NCBI GenBank assembly: GCA_052327205.1
Contig: CM126224.1
Coordinates: 33,604,001 to 33,668,000 of the forward strand
From: Somniosus microcephalus
Lineage: Eukaryota
Length of the DNA stretch: 64,000 nucleotides
Direction of reading: 5' to 3'
A program made the translations under genes and the position numbers. Below the pieces are notes generated by a model. That model did no database searches and was not told the origin of the DNA. It saw only the letters and a list, made by a program, of their open reading frames with translations. Position 1 is the first letter of the stretch. Each line of letters starts with the position of its first letter. Shown here piece after piece: positions 26,353 to 38,320 of this stretch.

Positions 26353-27432
26353 TAACAAGATGCCACAAGTTTAAGAATGATTGCAGAAATAATTAAAGGT
26401 AAAATTATACTGTAGTTAGAATGCGGTAGCCGCTTGCACAAAAAGCTGAAGTCGAATGATAAACTTTTAAAAGGGAATTAGTTACTTGATTTTTTTCATC
26501 TTGTAGTTAAGGGAACTTCCATTTTCAGCACAGTTTATAGAAGAAATTCTGGGACTAGGTCCTGCTTTGTTAGTTTCAAACATCTACTGAACTGGATATT
26601 CCTTTATAATGACCTGCTAAAACATGAACTACAGTATTTCAAATCAGTAAACATCACAGGTTATATTTTACAATGATTGCCTGGCTGCAGCTTTAACCGG
26701 TCTTAAAGGACCGGTCATCAAGAGTCATCTGGTATCATATAAAAAACAGAATAACCAAATTCCTGGCGTGTTTAATTAAAAATTTGCAACGCGGTCATAT
26801 AATGCAACTATAACACCCTTAGGTACCAAAATGTAGTACATGTATTAATAATGTATTGTGCCCTTGTTGAAAGACAGTGTAACATGCTGAGAATTCCTTT
26901 GATAGAAAACATATATGTGCACAACATATTCACCACTGCTGTTCTGCACTGGGAGCTAGCTGCAAGCTGCTGGTCTCCTGTCTCTCACTGTTGTCATAGT
27001 GATGTCTGAAGTCAGCAGCTAGTGAATACATTAAATCCTGGCCTCTTATAAAATGTTAAGAGCATATTTATCAGGCTGGCATATCGTTACAGGTCAGTGA
27101 GCTTCAATGGACAGTGTTGAAGAATATGCTCAATGATTATCAACTAGACAAAGAATTAATATCAGTCATTAAGAAAAAAAAATACAGCTTTAGCTCTTTG
27201 CATACCCAAGCAGGCTACAAAACAGCAACAGTGCAAAGAAACCGATGTCTCTAAAGGTGATGTTGACCTCTTGTAACTTTGGATTAACTATAAAGCCATC
27301 AGTTCAATTGTTTTTCCTCCCTTCCCCTCTTCAGGGACAGAATTTTTGACCCTGTTTAAATTACAGAACTGCTTCTACTTAAAGTGATGCTACAATGTGC
27401 TGAGGCTGTTAGCATGCTGCAGTCCTTCCATT

Positions 27433-28298
27433 AACATAGAAACATAGAAGATAGGAGCAGGAATAGGCCATTCGGCCCCTCGAGCCTGCTCCGCCATTCA
27501 ATGCGATCATGGCTGATCATCGAAATTCAGTACCTGGTCCCTGCTTTCTCCCCATGCCCCTTGATCCCTTTAGCCTTAAGAAATATATCCAACTCCTTCT
27601 TGAATATATTTAATGAATTGGCCTCTACTGCCTTCTGTGGTAGAGAATTCCACAGGTTCACCACTCTGGGTGAAGAAATTCCAAATCATTTCTGTCCTAA
27701 ATGGCCTACCCCTTATCCTTAGACTGTGACCCCTGGTTCTGGACTCCCCGACCATCGGGAACATCCTTCCTGCATCTAGTCTGTCCAGTCCTGTCAGAAT
27801 TTTATAAGTTTCAATGAGATCCCCTCTCATTCTTCTAAACTCCAGCGAGTACAAGCCCAATCGACCCAATCTCTCCTCATACGTCATTCCTGCCATCCCA
27901 GGTATCAGCCTGGTGAATCTTCGCTGAACTCCTTCCATGGCAAGAACATCCTTCCTCAGATAAGGCGACCAAAACTGCACACAATACTCAAGGTGTGGTC
28001 TCACCAAGGCCCTGTACAACTGCAGTAAGACATCCTTGTTCCTGTACTCAAACCCTCTCGCTACGAAGGCCAACATACCATTTGCCTTCTTCACCGCCTG
28101 CTGCACCTGTATGCTTACCTTCAGCGACTGGTGCACAAGGACACCCAGGTCTCGTTGCATTTCCCCTTCTCCCAATCTATTGCCATTTAGATAATAATCT
28201 GCCTTCCTGTTTTTGCCACCAATGTGGATAACCTCACATTTATCCACGTTATATTGCATCTGCCATGCTTCTGCCCAATCATCCAACCGGTCCAAATC
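27433..28298 (-). mobile_element. Young 5'-truncated CR1 (HER1-like) LINE
   Basis: DLDRLDDWAEAWQMQYN...; same subfamily as 3861 and 20313. Small frameshifting deletion near 27660. Confidence 0.95.
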
Positions 28299-28961
28299 AA
28301 AACAGAGCAGCGCAGATTTTAGAGCAGGAGCTGTAAAATAAAAATACAATTTTAATTTTCTGACTGCAATTTTTAATATTGTACAGCTGCACATGAACTC
28401 CCGTAACTGTGTGAAATAGTGGTAATTATTATTTTTGCGGTGGCTTTAATAAACCTTGGTGTTTCAAGTTTGTATCTTAACCTTTTATTGAACCGTGATG
28501 ACTAATGCTTTAATACTGATTTTGAAATGTTGGGATTCGTTAGATCCAAGAAAAGCAATGGAATCATTCCATAACCACAAACTATTTGTGCTCCAATCTT
28601 CCTATCAAAGTTCTCAAGAGACTGATTCAACTATGAAGTTTTTAAGCTGGTTTTGTATGAAAATAACACAGCATCTGCATTTTTCTGCATTAGCGGGGAA
28701 AGAGAACTGAAAGGAACTTCACTCTCAATGGGTTGGTATGGGAGATTGACCAAGATCGTCAGCCTCACTTCGCTCAGTACCTAATGGGAATATTTCAGGT
28801 CAACTGAATAGAACTGAAAACAGAAATATTTCATAAAACCCCAAAGTTGTATATTCCTGTTAATTATTGACTCGAGAGATTTCATGGAGTGAATTTTACT
28901 GAGCAAACTTCCAGGTGGTTTTGCTGTGAATTTTGTGCATGAACAGGGACTGCTAGATATT

Positions 28962-29694
28962 GGCCCTGAAATTGCAGTGTCTGCGACAGCGAACTCTCAA
29001 AGTGCGCTGTCATATTTCTTTTGAAATGCCCCGCAATTTCCGGATTTCCGTATGCACTTGCACATGTCAAGGTACGTCTTGGCATATCATCCGAACTGCC
29101 TGAAAACTGAGTATTGCTGGCGCAGAGTTGGGCTAGTTACCAAACAACTGCCCAGCAATTGAGGACACAACTCTTACGGCTGGTAAAAGCAGGTGCAGGG
29201 CCTGCTTGCATCAGCGTAAGGGTATATATAAGGCTTCAATTAAACATTTAAAAAGCCAAAATTATGCACATACACTTTATTAAATTAGTTTATGCAAATA
29301 TTAGCTTGGATTGCAGTCTTAATGATGTGTGAAATTAACAAAAAAATGTAATTTTTATTGAGTCTGGTTAAATGAAGAAACTTATTGAAATGAAAATTCT
29401 GTTAATTGTATAATTTTTACATTTCGGGATTCCGTTGCATATTATTAGGGGATTCCCTTCGTAAATGATTGCAATGGAACTCTTCTTTGTCATTGGAGGA
29501 CTGGGCCCATGTGATTCCAGGGATGCTTCCGAATGGGCTGTGTCCCTGGGATCCATGGGCCATTTCGCTGCCCTCTGCCTTGAGGCCGGAGACCGCAACT
29601 CTTTGCAGCCTGGGCACCAGGAGGTAATTTCATAAATGTTTTGCGGGTCGGAGGTGTACTCCAGAGATACGCCTCTGACTGCAATTTCTAGGCC
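28962..29694. mobile_element. Harbinger-like non-autonomous DNA transposon
   Basis: TIRs ggccctgaaattgcagt / actgcaatttctaggcc, flanked by att and aat. Confidence 0.75.
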
Positions 29695-29810
29695 AATATG
29701 TTCTATTAAGTATCAACCTGCTTAAAGCTCTGTGTGGTTTAGTGGGAAAATGCACAATATGTTGTGGTACAAATCCATACAAAACCAGAAGCTTCCCACT
29801 CCCAACTATT

Positions 29811-30125
29811 GGGCACGGTGGCATAGTGGTTAGCACTGTTGTCTCACAGCGCCAGAGACCCGGGTTCGAATCTGGCTTCGGGCGACTGTCTGTGTGGAGT
29901 TTGCACATTCTCCCCGTGTTTGCGTGGGTTTTCTCCGGGTACTCCGGTTTCCTCCCACAGTCCAAAGATGTGCGGGTTAGGTTGATTGGCTATGATAAAT
30001 TGACCCTTAGTGTTAGGGGGATTAAATACGTGGGGTTACGGGGATTGGGTGGGATATGTGTCGGTGCAGGCTCGATGGGCCGAATGCCCTCTATCTGCAC
30101 TGTGGGGTTTCTGTGATTCTGTGAT
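29811..30125 (+). mobile_element. HE1-type V-SINE
   Basis: tRNA head (tggcatagtgg A-box, ggttcgaatc B-box), V domain tgtgtggagtttgcacattctccccgtg...ccggtttcctccca, and CR1-derived tail gatgggccgaatg...gattctgtga. Confidence 0.92.
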
Positions 30126-30129
30126 ATTG

Positions 30130-30400
30130 GTTTGTTTAGAGTTAGTTGTCCTCAGCTAGGCAGCAGTTGGGGACATTTAGTATGCCTGGGTTAGGAAAGA
30201 AAAGAAGATGGCAGCTATGGTTTCCACTCCCACTGGCTGTTGAGTGACCCCTGTTGAAAAGTGTGTACAATGGGTAAGTATCTGACTAGGCTGTAATTAC
30301 CCTCCATGGTTAAACACACTGGCAACACTGTCCAAATAGACAAAGAATGGCAATTAAGGTTAGCAGTCAAATGGCTGCCAGTGCCCATGGAACTTTAGCC
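30130..30400 (+). mobile_element. Old SINE-like repeat, same family as 56940
   Basis: gagttagttgtcctcagctagg...gtgacccctgttgaaa is collinear with gagttagctgatctg...ctgctgctgga at ~57019-57150. Confidence 0.5.
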
Positions 30401-30411
30401 ACATAAATTCT

Positions 30412-31015
30412 GTGTCAACAAGAGCAGATCAGAGGCTAGGTATTCTGCGGCGAGTGTCTCACCTCCTGACTCCCCAAAGCCTTTCCACCATCTACAAGGC
30501 ACAAGTAAGGAGTGTGATGGAATACTCTCCACTTGCATGGATGAGTGCAGCTCCAACAACATTCAAGAAGCTCGACACCATCCAGGACAAAGCAGCCTGC
30601 TTGATTGGCACCCCATCCACCACCTTAAACATTCACTCCCCCCACCACCGGCGCACCGTGGCTGCAGTGTGTACCATCTACAAGATGCACTGCAGCAACT
30701 CACCAAGGTTTCTTCGGCAGCACCTCCTAAACACGCGACCTCTTCCGCCTAGAAGGAGAAGGGCAGCAGGTGCATGGGAACACCACCACCTCCAAGTCAC
30801 ACACCATCCTGATTTAGAAGTATATCGCTGATCCTTCAACGTCGCTGGGTCAAAATCCTGGAACTCCCTCCCTAACAGCACTGTGGGAGTACCTTCACCG
30901 CATGGACTGCAGCGGTTCAAGAAGGCGGCTCACCACCACCTTCTCAATGGCAACTAGGGATGGGCAATAAATGCTGGCCTTGCCAGCGATGCCCAGATCC
31001 CATAAACGAATAAAC
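30412..31015 (+). mobile_element. CR1-group LINE 3' fragment, second family
   Basis: QRLGILRRVSHLL...YKAQVRSVMEYSPLAW and tail gggatgggcaataaatgctggcc. Confidence 0.88.
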
Positions 31016-32169
31016 AAAAAAAATATTTTGGGGAGAATACTGGGGAGAGTGGCAAGAACCTCAACAAAAACAGCCTGTAAACTCACGTGATTCTCAGCTC
31101 GTAGATTTTTTTTCTTCTTAATGAAATATAACTCGGGGACAAATGAAGCTTCGTATAAGCCTGCCTGCAGCTCCCAAAGGACCATTTTCCTTATGGAGCC
31201 ATTTAAGCAGTAGCATATTTTAAACGAATCAAAATGAAGTACAGTAATTTGTTTTTTTTTGTGGAAAGTTCATTGATCTGGGTTGTGGAAATTGTGCTCC
31301 CTGTTTAAAGGGACCCTGCTTCCAGTCACTGAATTACGAGGACCAATAGGCAGCAAGGAGAGAAATGAAGATGAAAAGGTTCTTTAAATATAAAGACCTG
31401 GCCTAGTAATTGTGATGCAATCGAGAAAGACATAACTGCTCAGGACGCTGTAGTTTTGTGCTGCAGCACATGTCACCCATAAAGAACAGTATTTTGTATT
31501 AGAAGTATTGTTAATGCCATCTGATGTGACAGTGATAATGCACCTCAACACACATTGTCGATCCAGAAAATATCACAATGACGAATGATCGAAGCAATGA
31601 TATGAATCTACTGTAGCTGTGACAAAAAGTAAACCATTTCTGAGCATAGGTGTTAAATAAGAAATCAGATGGCAATAAACAGCCTCTAATTTACTAAAAA
31701 TGTCATATTGTGGCAGCAGCTAATCATAAAATAAAATACAAGTTTCTTTGATTCTAATGCACAATAAGCAGGCCAGCAGAGCTCACAGGGTTTTAAGGGC
31801 CCTGTGTCAATCTCTGGTGGTTATTCGGATTGTTTGTGGGATCACTGGAATTGCAATTAGCAAGACCAGAATAGAATCATTCTTGTTGTTTTTCTGTGTA
31901 TTTTCCAAAGCACCTATATCATGGTTCTTGAAGTGAAGTCTGGCCAGAGCACTCAGCTTAACATCTGCAGCCCTCTATTCTAATGTTCTGGCTATGGTTC
32001 TATTGCTTCTCTATGTTGTTTCAACATTTCAGACAAACCAGCCTGAGTTCATAATTTTGAATGGATTTTGAGATGCACATCAAACATGGGGGAAATTCAT
32101 TAACTGCGTGGGTGCTATTAATTAGGGTCCATTGTAAATGCCAAAAGTGAGCGGGTTTGGTTAAGTCAA

Positions 32170-33480
32170 GAGAATCATAGAATCTTACAACACAGACGGT
32201 GGCCATGACTGCCCCCTCCTCTACTGTGACATTATCTTCATCATCTTCTTTTGTGAAGGCAGATGTAAATTACTCATTCAGTACCTCAGTCATGTCCTCT
32301 GCCTCCACAAGAAGATTCCCTTTTTTTGTCCCTATTCGGCACCACCATTCCTTTAACTATCCTTTTAATTTTTATATGTTTTTAAAGGATTTTTGGGTTC
32401 CCTTTTATGTTACCTGATAATCTCTGCTCATAATCTCTTTCTTTGCCTTTCTTGTATCCTTTTTCAATTTCCCCTCCCGCACTCTGTATTTCGCCTGGTT
32501 TTTGATTGTATTCCGTACCTGACATTTGTCATAAATCTCCTTTTTCTGTTTTATTTTAACCTCTATTTCCTTTGTCATCCAGGGAGTTCTGGCTTTGGCT
32601 GCCACATCTTTCCTCCTCATGGGAATATACTTGGTTTGTACCTGAACTATCTCCACCTTGAAGGCCTGCCATTGCTCATTTACTGTTTTCTCAGCCAATC
32701 TTTATTTCCAGTCCACCTGCTAGATCCCTTCTCAAAATCACTGAAATTGGCTCTCTTCCAGTTGGGTATTTTCACCGTTGATTTTTCCTTGTCCCTTTCC
32801 ATAACTACTTTAACCTATCTTCCTGTTTCTGTACCCACTAGCACTTGGCACTAGGAGTAATCCAGAGATTCCCATGGTTGAGGTCCTGTTCTTTAATCTT
32901 TTTCCTAGCTCCTGAAACTCTGTCTGTAGGACCTCAGCCCTTTTCCTACCTAGGTCATTGGTTCAAATATTGACCACGGCTTCTGGCTGTTCCCCTTCCC
33001 CTTGCAGAACACCCTGCACACGTTCAGTGATGTCCTTTACCCTAGCACAAGGGAGGCAACATTCTGGCCTCACATCTGCGGTTTCAGATACGACTGACTA
33101 TTCCCCTGACCAATGTTCCCGTTAAGCGTGGCTGCGCAGCTGCCTGGAGGTCTCACGCAGGCCCATCACCGGCTTTTCAATGGTACATTTTGTGTATGCG
33201 CGAACTTTTGAATGGGCCGTACAGTCCATTAAAGGGACCATGCACCCCCAAAAAATTAGGGGGATCATTGCCCCTGACTATCAAATCCCCTTATAACAAC
33301 TGCAGTGCTACACTTTTTTCGCGCCCCCCCCCGTGTAGCCAAGTTTCCCAGAATGCCGTGGATTTGTTTCTGACTGCATTTCTCCGAGGTGCCATCATCC
33401 TCACTGCTATTCAACACTGAATAACGGTTTGAGTGTGCCACACTCCCAGGGGTTTCCTGTACTGCCTGCCTTTTCCTCTT
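32170..33480 (-). mobile_element. Internally deleted CR1: ORF1 esterase region fused to ORF2 linker and 3' tail
   Basis: Minus strand has NRYSVL and GD.IVRG (SGNH-like block, split by the hAT MITE), then WQAFK...YIP...PWMTKEI and AEVLNE. Ends in a gattctatgattct tail at ~32170-32205. Confidence 0.75.
33111..33270. mobile_element. hAT-like MITE, 160 bp
   Basis: Perfect 8-bp TSD cccctgac (33103-33110, 33271-33278). TIRs caatgttcccgttaa / ttagggggatcattg. Confidence 0.9.
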
Positions 33481-33540
33481 TGGGGAAAATAACGGAACCC
33501 TTTTGAAGAAGCATAAAAAAATAACCACCGTCACGCTTAA

Positions 33541-34157
33541 GGGTGTATTGTAACTCCTGGGTGGGAAGTCAGGGAGGGTCGATAACCCCACCCACCACCA
33601 CCCCCGGGAGTCTCCATGGGAGGCCTCAGCCGGTTTTGATATCCTGCCAGTCAGCTGTCTTCCTGAAATGGGTGGAAAGAGGCAGCTAGCCCGCTGGCAC
33701 CAAGGTAAATTGCCAAGGGGAGGGGAGTTCCGGACTATTTCCTGGATGGGAAGGGGGAAGCAGAGGCCCAGAATTTCAGTGCGGGACCTCGGAGCAACAC
33801 TCCCGCTGGCTCCACTAGGCAAAGTTTTTGAATTACCTTAGGAGATAATTCTTCTCCTCCTCTTCCCGCCAAATTTCATTGAATGAAGGGCTTGTGGCGG
33901 GCACCTGGTTTAGTAGGCCAGAAAAATGCCAGCAGAGTCCTGTGAACGTCATTGGACCCTGATTAGCATATATTAATGAGGCCCCTGCCTAAGTTAGGCG
34001 AGCACCCCAGCCACCTAAAAAAAGGACCCGGTTAAGATGGCCGTGACCGGGAATCATGTGAGAAGAGGGCAGCAAGTCTTTGCACAGCGCTTTTACCTGT
34101 GCACCCACCCTGTTCCCACCAGGTGGCGGGGGGGGGGGGGCACATTAAAATTTCCCC
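33541..34157. mobile_element. GC-rich Harbinger-like element, degraded
   Basis: gggtgtattgtaac...ttaaaatttcccc imperfect TIRs around a GC-rich block. Confidence 0.5.
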
Positions 34158-34833
34158 TTTTGTGCTTGGCAATTCTGTGGGGGGAAGCCACTTCATAAAT
34201 TGTCAAATTTTGCATACCCAGCTCATAATTTTCCATCCATGACCTTTCCATTAACAGAATCATAGAAGCAGAATATTTACGCCTGTGCAGGGAACATTTG
34301 AGCAAAATGTCAAAAGGAGGGAATTAAGTTTCAGTGGGTTATCGCCACCATTCAAACCCTGTGATTATATTACAGCCTTAAAGTCATTCCCCGGTGTCAG
34401 ATTTTGTGTACGGCATACACTGTTTCAGGATATGGAGAGGAGGGTCGAAGGCTGTTCTGGTTTCAATCCGTTCTTTTCTATGCAGCAGCCCTTAATGGGG
34501 CCATGGAATGTCAATATGCCCCACATGCTTAATTGGTGGCAGTGATGACCACATGAGGGGATTAATGATTCGATTTTAATGCATTTTGAAAAAAAAACTC
34601 AAGATTTTGTGGAGACAATTATTAATGCTTTATGTTGGGACTACTTGCACTGTGAGCTATGGCATATTTTTCTTTGTACAGATAACAAAACGGAATATAT
34701 GAACAAAAGGGGTGAATTCGCAGGGAAATGTCCAGACGCCCATGTGCATTAATTGAGTTGATTTGGAAATATAATGTTTACTAAGAGTTCAACAATTTCA
34801 GACTATAAATTGGCCCCTGTATTTCTTTATATA

Positions 34834-35156
34834 CAGGAAACTTTGTGATATCCGGCACCGACGGGACCGGCGTGTTGCCGATCTATCAAAACTGCCGGAC
34901 ATACAAAGTTAATGTTGAAGCATATGGAGGTTTTCATCTCCGTATCTGACAACAAACACTGTTGCTTAGCAACAGCTTCTAAAGAGTCGGCAGCAGCTGC
35001 AAGCATCTCTAGCTGTAGCTGTTGCTATAGCTACAGACCCTGACTGGGGAAAAAAAAGAACGAGAACTAAAAAAACTTATAGAAAACGGCTCCTGATTTT
35101 TGCCGTTAGATCGAGTATTCCGGACATACAACCTCCGGATAAACCAAAGTTTCCTG
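34834..35156. mobile_element. pogo/Tigger-like MITE, copy 3
   Basis: TA|caggaaactttgtgatatccgg...ccggataaaccaaagtttcctg|TA. Confidence 0.92.
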
Positions 35157-35420
35157 TATTTTTTTCTCGTTTCCTCACATGGTAGCTGTTAATGTTGCTG
35201 CCATCATAATCCACACATCATCTAGAGCCATCTTTTATATCTTAACTTGTCCCATTACCTCTCCTTTTGCCTTGCACTATCATCCCTTTTGTCAATCGCT
35301 TCTGCCTTCCATCCTATCACACACCTTCCCTTTGTTCTTTCCTCCCCTCCTCCATGCCCCTGCTTAAAAATCTCTCCTCCCTAACCTTTTCCCGTTCTGA
35401 CGAAGGGTTCGACCTGAAAC

Positions 35421-36238
35421 AAGGGGCTTGATTTTAGTCACCGAGACGAGTTGGGGGCGGAACTGCTGCCTTCCGGGTTCTAGTCCTGCCCCCAGCGACG
35501 TCCGACACTATTATCCCCTGATTGGCCTTGTTAAGACCGCACTGCGGGCTTGCTGGCCAATTAAGGGAAAGCCGGTGTCAGATGACGTCAGTTGATGACG
35601 CTTCATCTGCCAGTTTTCTTAAAGGCACATGAACCATAAATTTTTGACAGATGATTTGACAGCGTTTGACAGCATTGAGCTGCTGTCAAACACTGACAAT
35701 CACTGTACAAAGGTGAGCCCTTGCACCCAGGCTCTCAAATGACTCTCTCCTTAGGATGAAACAGATGGCAGCTGCAGGTGAGGGTACAGAAGCGATCTGT
35801 CACTTCTCCCATTGAGGTGAGACCACACAAACACTTCAAAGCTAGTCACCTACAGAAAAATCTAAACATATTAAAAATGACTTTCCCAACATTTCCTTAC
35901 CTCTGATACTCACCAGTGTCCCATTGCATTCTTCACACCACTTCTGCAGCTGCCATCTGTACACCAACAGTACAACAGACCCACAGCACGCCTTACTTAC
36001 CCTGGCGGGGTTCCCTGATGTCGGGAAGCCTGCAGCAGAAGCCTAAAAATTGGAAAATGCCTCTTAACTGCCCGTTAACAGGCAGTTAAGTGGCTATAAT
36101 CCTCTTCCCACCGCTAGGAGTTGGGTCCCTGTGCAAATCGATGACCCGACTCCCGGGAAGATTGGTTGAAGGCGGGTTCGGGACCCGCTCCCATTCCTTT
36201 TGACTTCCCGCCTCCTCAGGGCTGGTAAAATCCAGCTC
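35421..36238. mobile_element. Harbinger-like non-autonomous element
   Basis: TIRs gggcttgatttta / taaaatccagctc. Highly similar second copy at ~52120-52905. gcacccaggctctcaaatgactctctc (APRLSNDSL) resembles the start of the Harbinger Myb/SANT-like ORF. Confidence 0.8.
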
Positions 36239-37084
36239 GTTGACTCTGTTTCTCTCTCCTCAATGCTGCCTGACCTGCTGAGTGTTTCCAGCATTTTCCG
36301 TTGTTATTTCAGATTTCCAGCATCCGCAGTATTTTGCTATTGTTTAAGATCCCAGATTTAGGTACTGGTTCAAACTTGCACATTTATCCCTCTATTTCTC
36401 ACATTCATGGATCCTATTCCATCTGAGCATGTGGCTGGACTCAGTGAACCATGACCCTCCTCTCTAATGATGCTCAAAGTTTAATGAAGGAGTGGTGAGA
36501 GATGTTTTTCCTCTTCCCCTACGTAGGTGTCCCATATCCACAGCTCCTCCACCCATCATAGGAAAACATAAAACTGGCAACTCCAATCCCCAGGCAGTGA
36601 AAAGTGCTTAAAACTAAAGATCTTCTAGACGTTTTTACACTCCAACATCACAGCTAAACTGCCCAACTTATCTTGTTCCACAATAGCAAAGATCCACATT
36701 TTCATGGGTGTTATAAATTGCCAGCAGATTCATGGGCTCTGCTTCTGCTGCATAACTGGTCGGAAATATAAAAGGGGAGTGTGGTGCCAAAAGGCCGATT
36801 AATTGACACTGGCACTACATTGTAAAAAACGCTTAAATGACAATCCTGCTGGATAATTCGGTTTCATACAAATGGGATCACTGTTTCTTTCAACCTTCTA
36901 TTCAACACATTCCCATAGAATTATTCAGCAGCACGATCAATCTAGCAAAAAGAAATCTCTCACTTTTCAGCCTTTTATTTTTCTCCATAAATATCCATTT
37001 TCTCAAGATTCTAATTATTAAAGTAATTTCCTTCAGATGTGTAAGGAAAATAAAATCTCCTTTTATTAGACAGCATTTTTTAAG

Positions 37085-38320
37085 GGTGTGCTGGGGCACC
37101 GTGGATACAAAATTGGCTAAGGGACAGAAAGCAGAGAGTAGTGGTGAATGTTTATACAGACTGGAGGGAACTGTACAGTGGTGTCCTCTAGGAGTCAGTA
37201 TTAGGACCACTGCTCTTTTTGATATATATTAATGACCTGGAGTTGGGTATACAGGGCATAATTTCAAAGTTTGCAGATGACACGAAACTTGGAAATGTAG
37301 TAAACAGTGAGGAGGATAATGAAAGAGGTCAGGAGGACCTAAGACAGACTGGTGAAATGGGCAGAAACATGACTGATGAAATTTACTGCAAAGAAGTGCG
37401 AAGTGATGCATTTCGGTAGGAAGAATGGTATCAGGGATGTGGGACTTCAGTTATGCAGAGACCAGAGAAGCTGGGATTGTTCTCCTTGGAGCAGAGAAGG
37501 TTAAGTGGAGATTTAATAGAGGTGTTCAAAATCATGAAGGGTTTTGATAGAGTAAAGAAGGAGAAACTGTTTCTAGTGATAAGAGGGTTGGTAACCAGAA
37601 AACACAGATTTAAGATAATTGGCAAAAGGACCAGAGGCGAGATGAGAGAATTTGTTGTACGTAGGGAGTTATGATCTGGAATGCATTGCCTGAAAGGGCG
37701 GTGGAAGCAGGTTCAGTAGTAACTTTCAAAAGGGAATTAAATAAATACAGTAAACTCTTTCGTATCTAGCACCGACGGGACCGGGATGGTGCCGGTTGAT
37801 TAAAATTCCGGATAATGGAGAGGTAGATCTAGCGAGGCTATTTTTAACAAACGGTGTTCGAAGAGACTTCCGACAGCGGCAAGATGCCGAGTAGTGGCGG
37901 TTTGGAGAACTACTCCCCACTGACTAACTCGGCCACTGCGGGAGACTCGGACTTGGCAACATTTCCAGTTATTGAGGTGTTCGGATCGGAAGAGACTTCT
38001 GACAGCGCCAAGAAGCCGAATAGTGGCAGTTTGGAGAACTACCCCCACTGACTAACTCGGCCATCGCGGGAGACTCGGACTCTGCAACATTTCTGGTTAT
38101 TGAAGTATTGTTTTCGGAGTATCAATTTTGCCGGTTATTAGAGAATTTCAGATAAGTAGGTGCTGTTTAAATGAGAGTTTACTGTAGTTGAAGGGGAACA
38201 ATTTGCAGGGCTCTGGGGAAAGAGCAGGGGGAGTGGGACGAATTGGATAGCTCTTTCAAAGAGCTCTTTCACAGGGATGATGGGCCGAACGGCCTCCTGT
38301 GCTGTATTATTCGATGATTT
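37085..38320 (+). mobile_element. CR1 RT/3' fragment with internal deletion and MITE insertion
   Basis: IYINDL...SKFADDTKLG, then LGLFSLEQRRL. Tail continues after 38186. Confidence 0.88.
37748..38184. mobile_element. pogo/Tigger-like MITE, related family with internal ~125 bp tandem duplication
   Basis: TA|cagtaaactct...gagagtttactg|TA. Shares gcaccgacgggacc with the other MITEs. The equivalent empty CR1 site ataaatacttgaagggg is visible at ~49152. Confidence 0.88.

Larger units (their letters stand above)
24005..26490 (+). mobile_element. Old CR1 ORF2 remnant hosting a younger antisense CR1 and a MITE
   Basis: GNYRPVSL...HGFLKGR before 24174. DFQKAFD resumes at ~25378, and further RT motifs run to ~26480. 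Confidence 0.8.
34785..36345 (+). mobile_element. Penelope-like element 3' end (ORF stop, UTR, pLTR) interrupted by two DNA transposons
   Basis: gagttcaacaatttcagactataa (EFNNFRL*) at 34785-34808. 35160-35420 is homologous to the reverse complement of ~58550-58780. The pLTR resumes at 36239. Confidence 0.75.

Noticed and set aside
29811-29885. tRNA gene
   Set aside because: A and B boxes are present but continue into the V-SINE body and LINE tail, so it is a SINE head.
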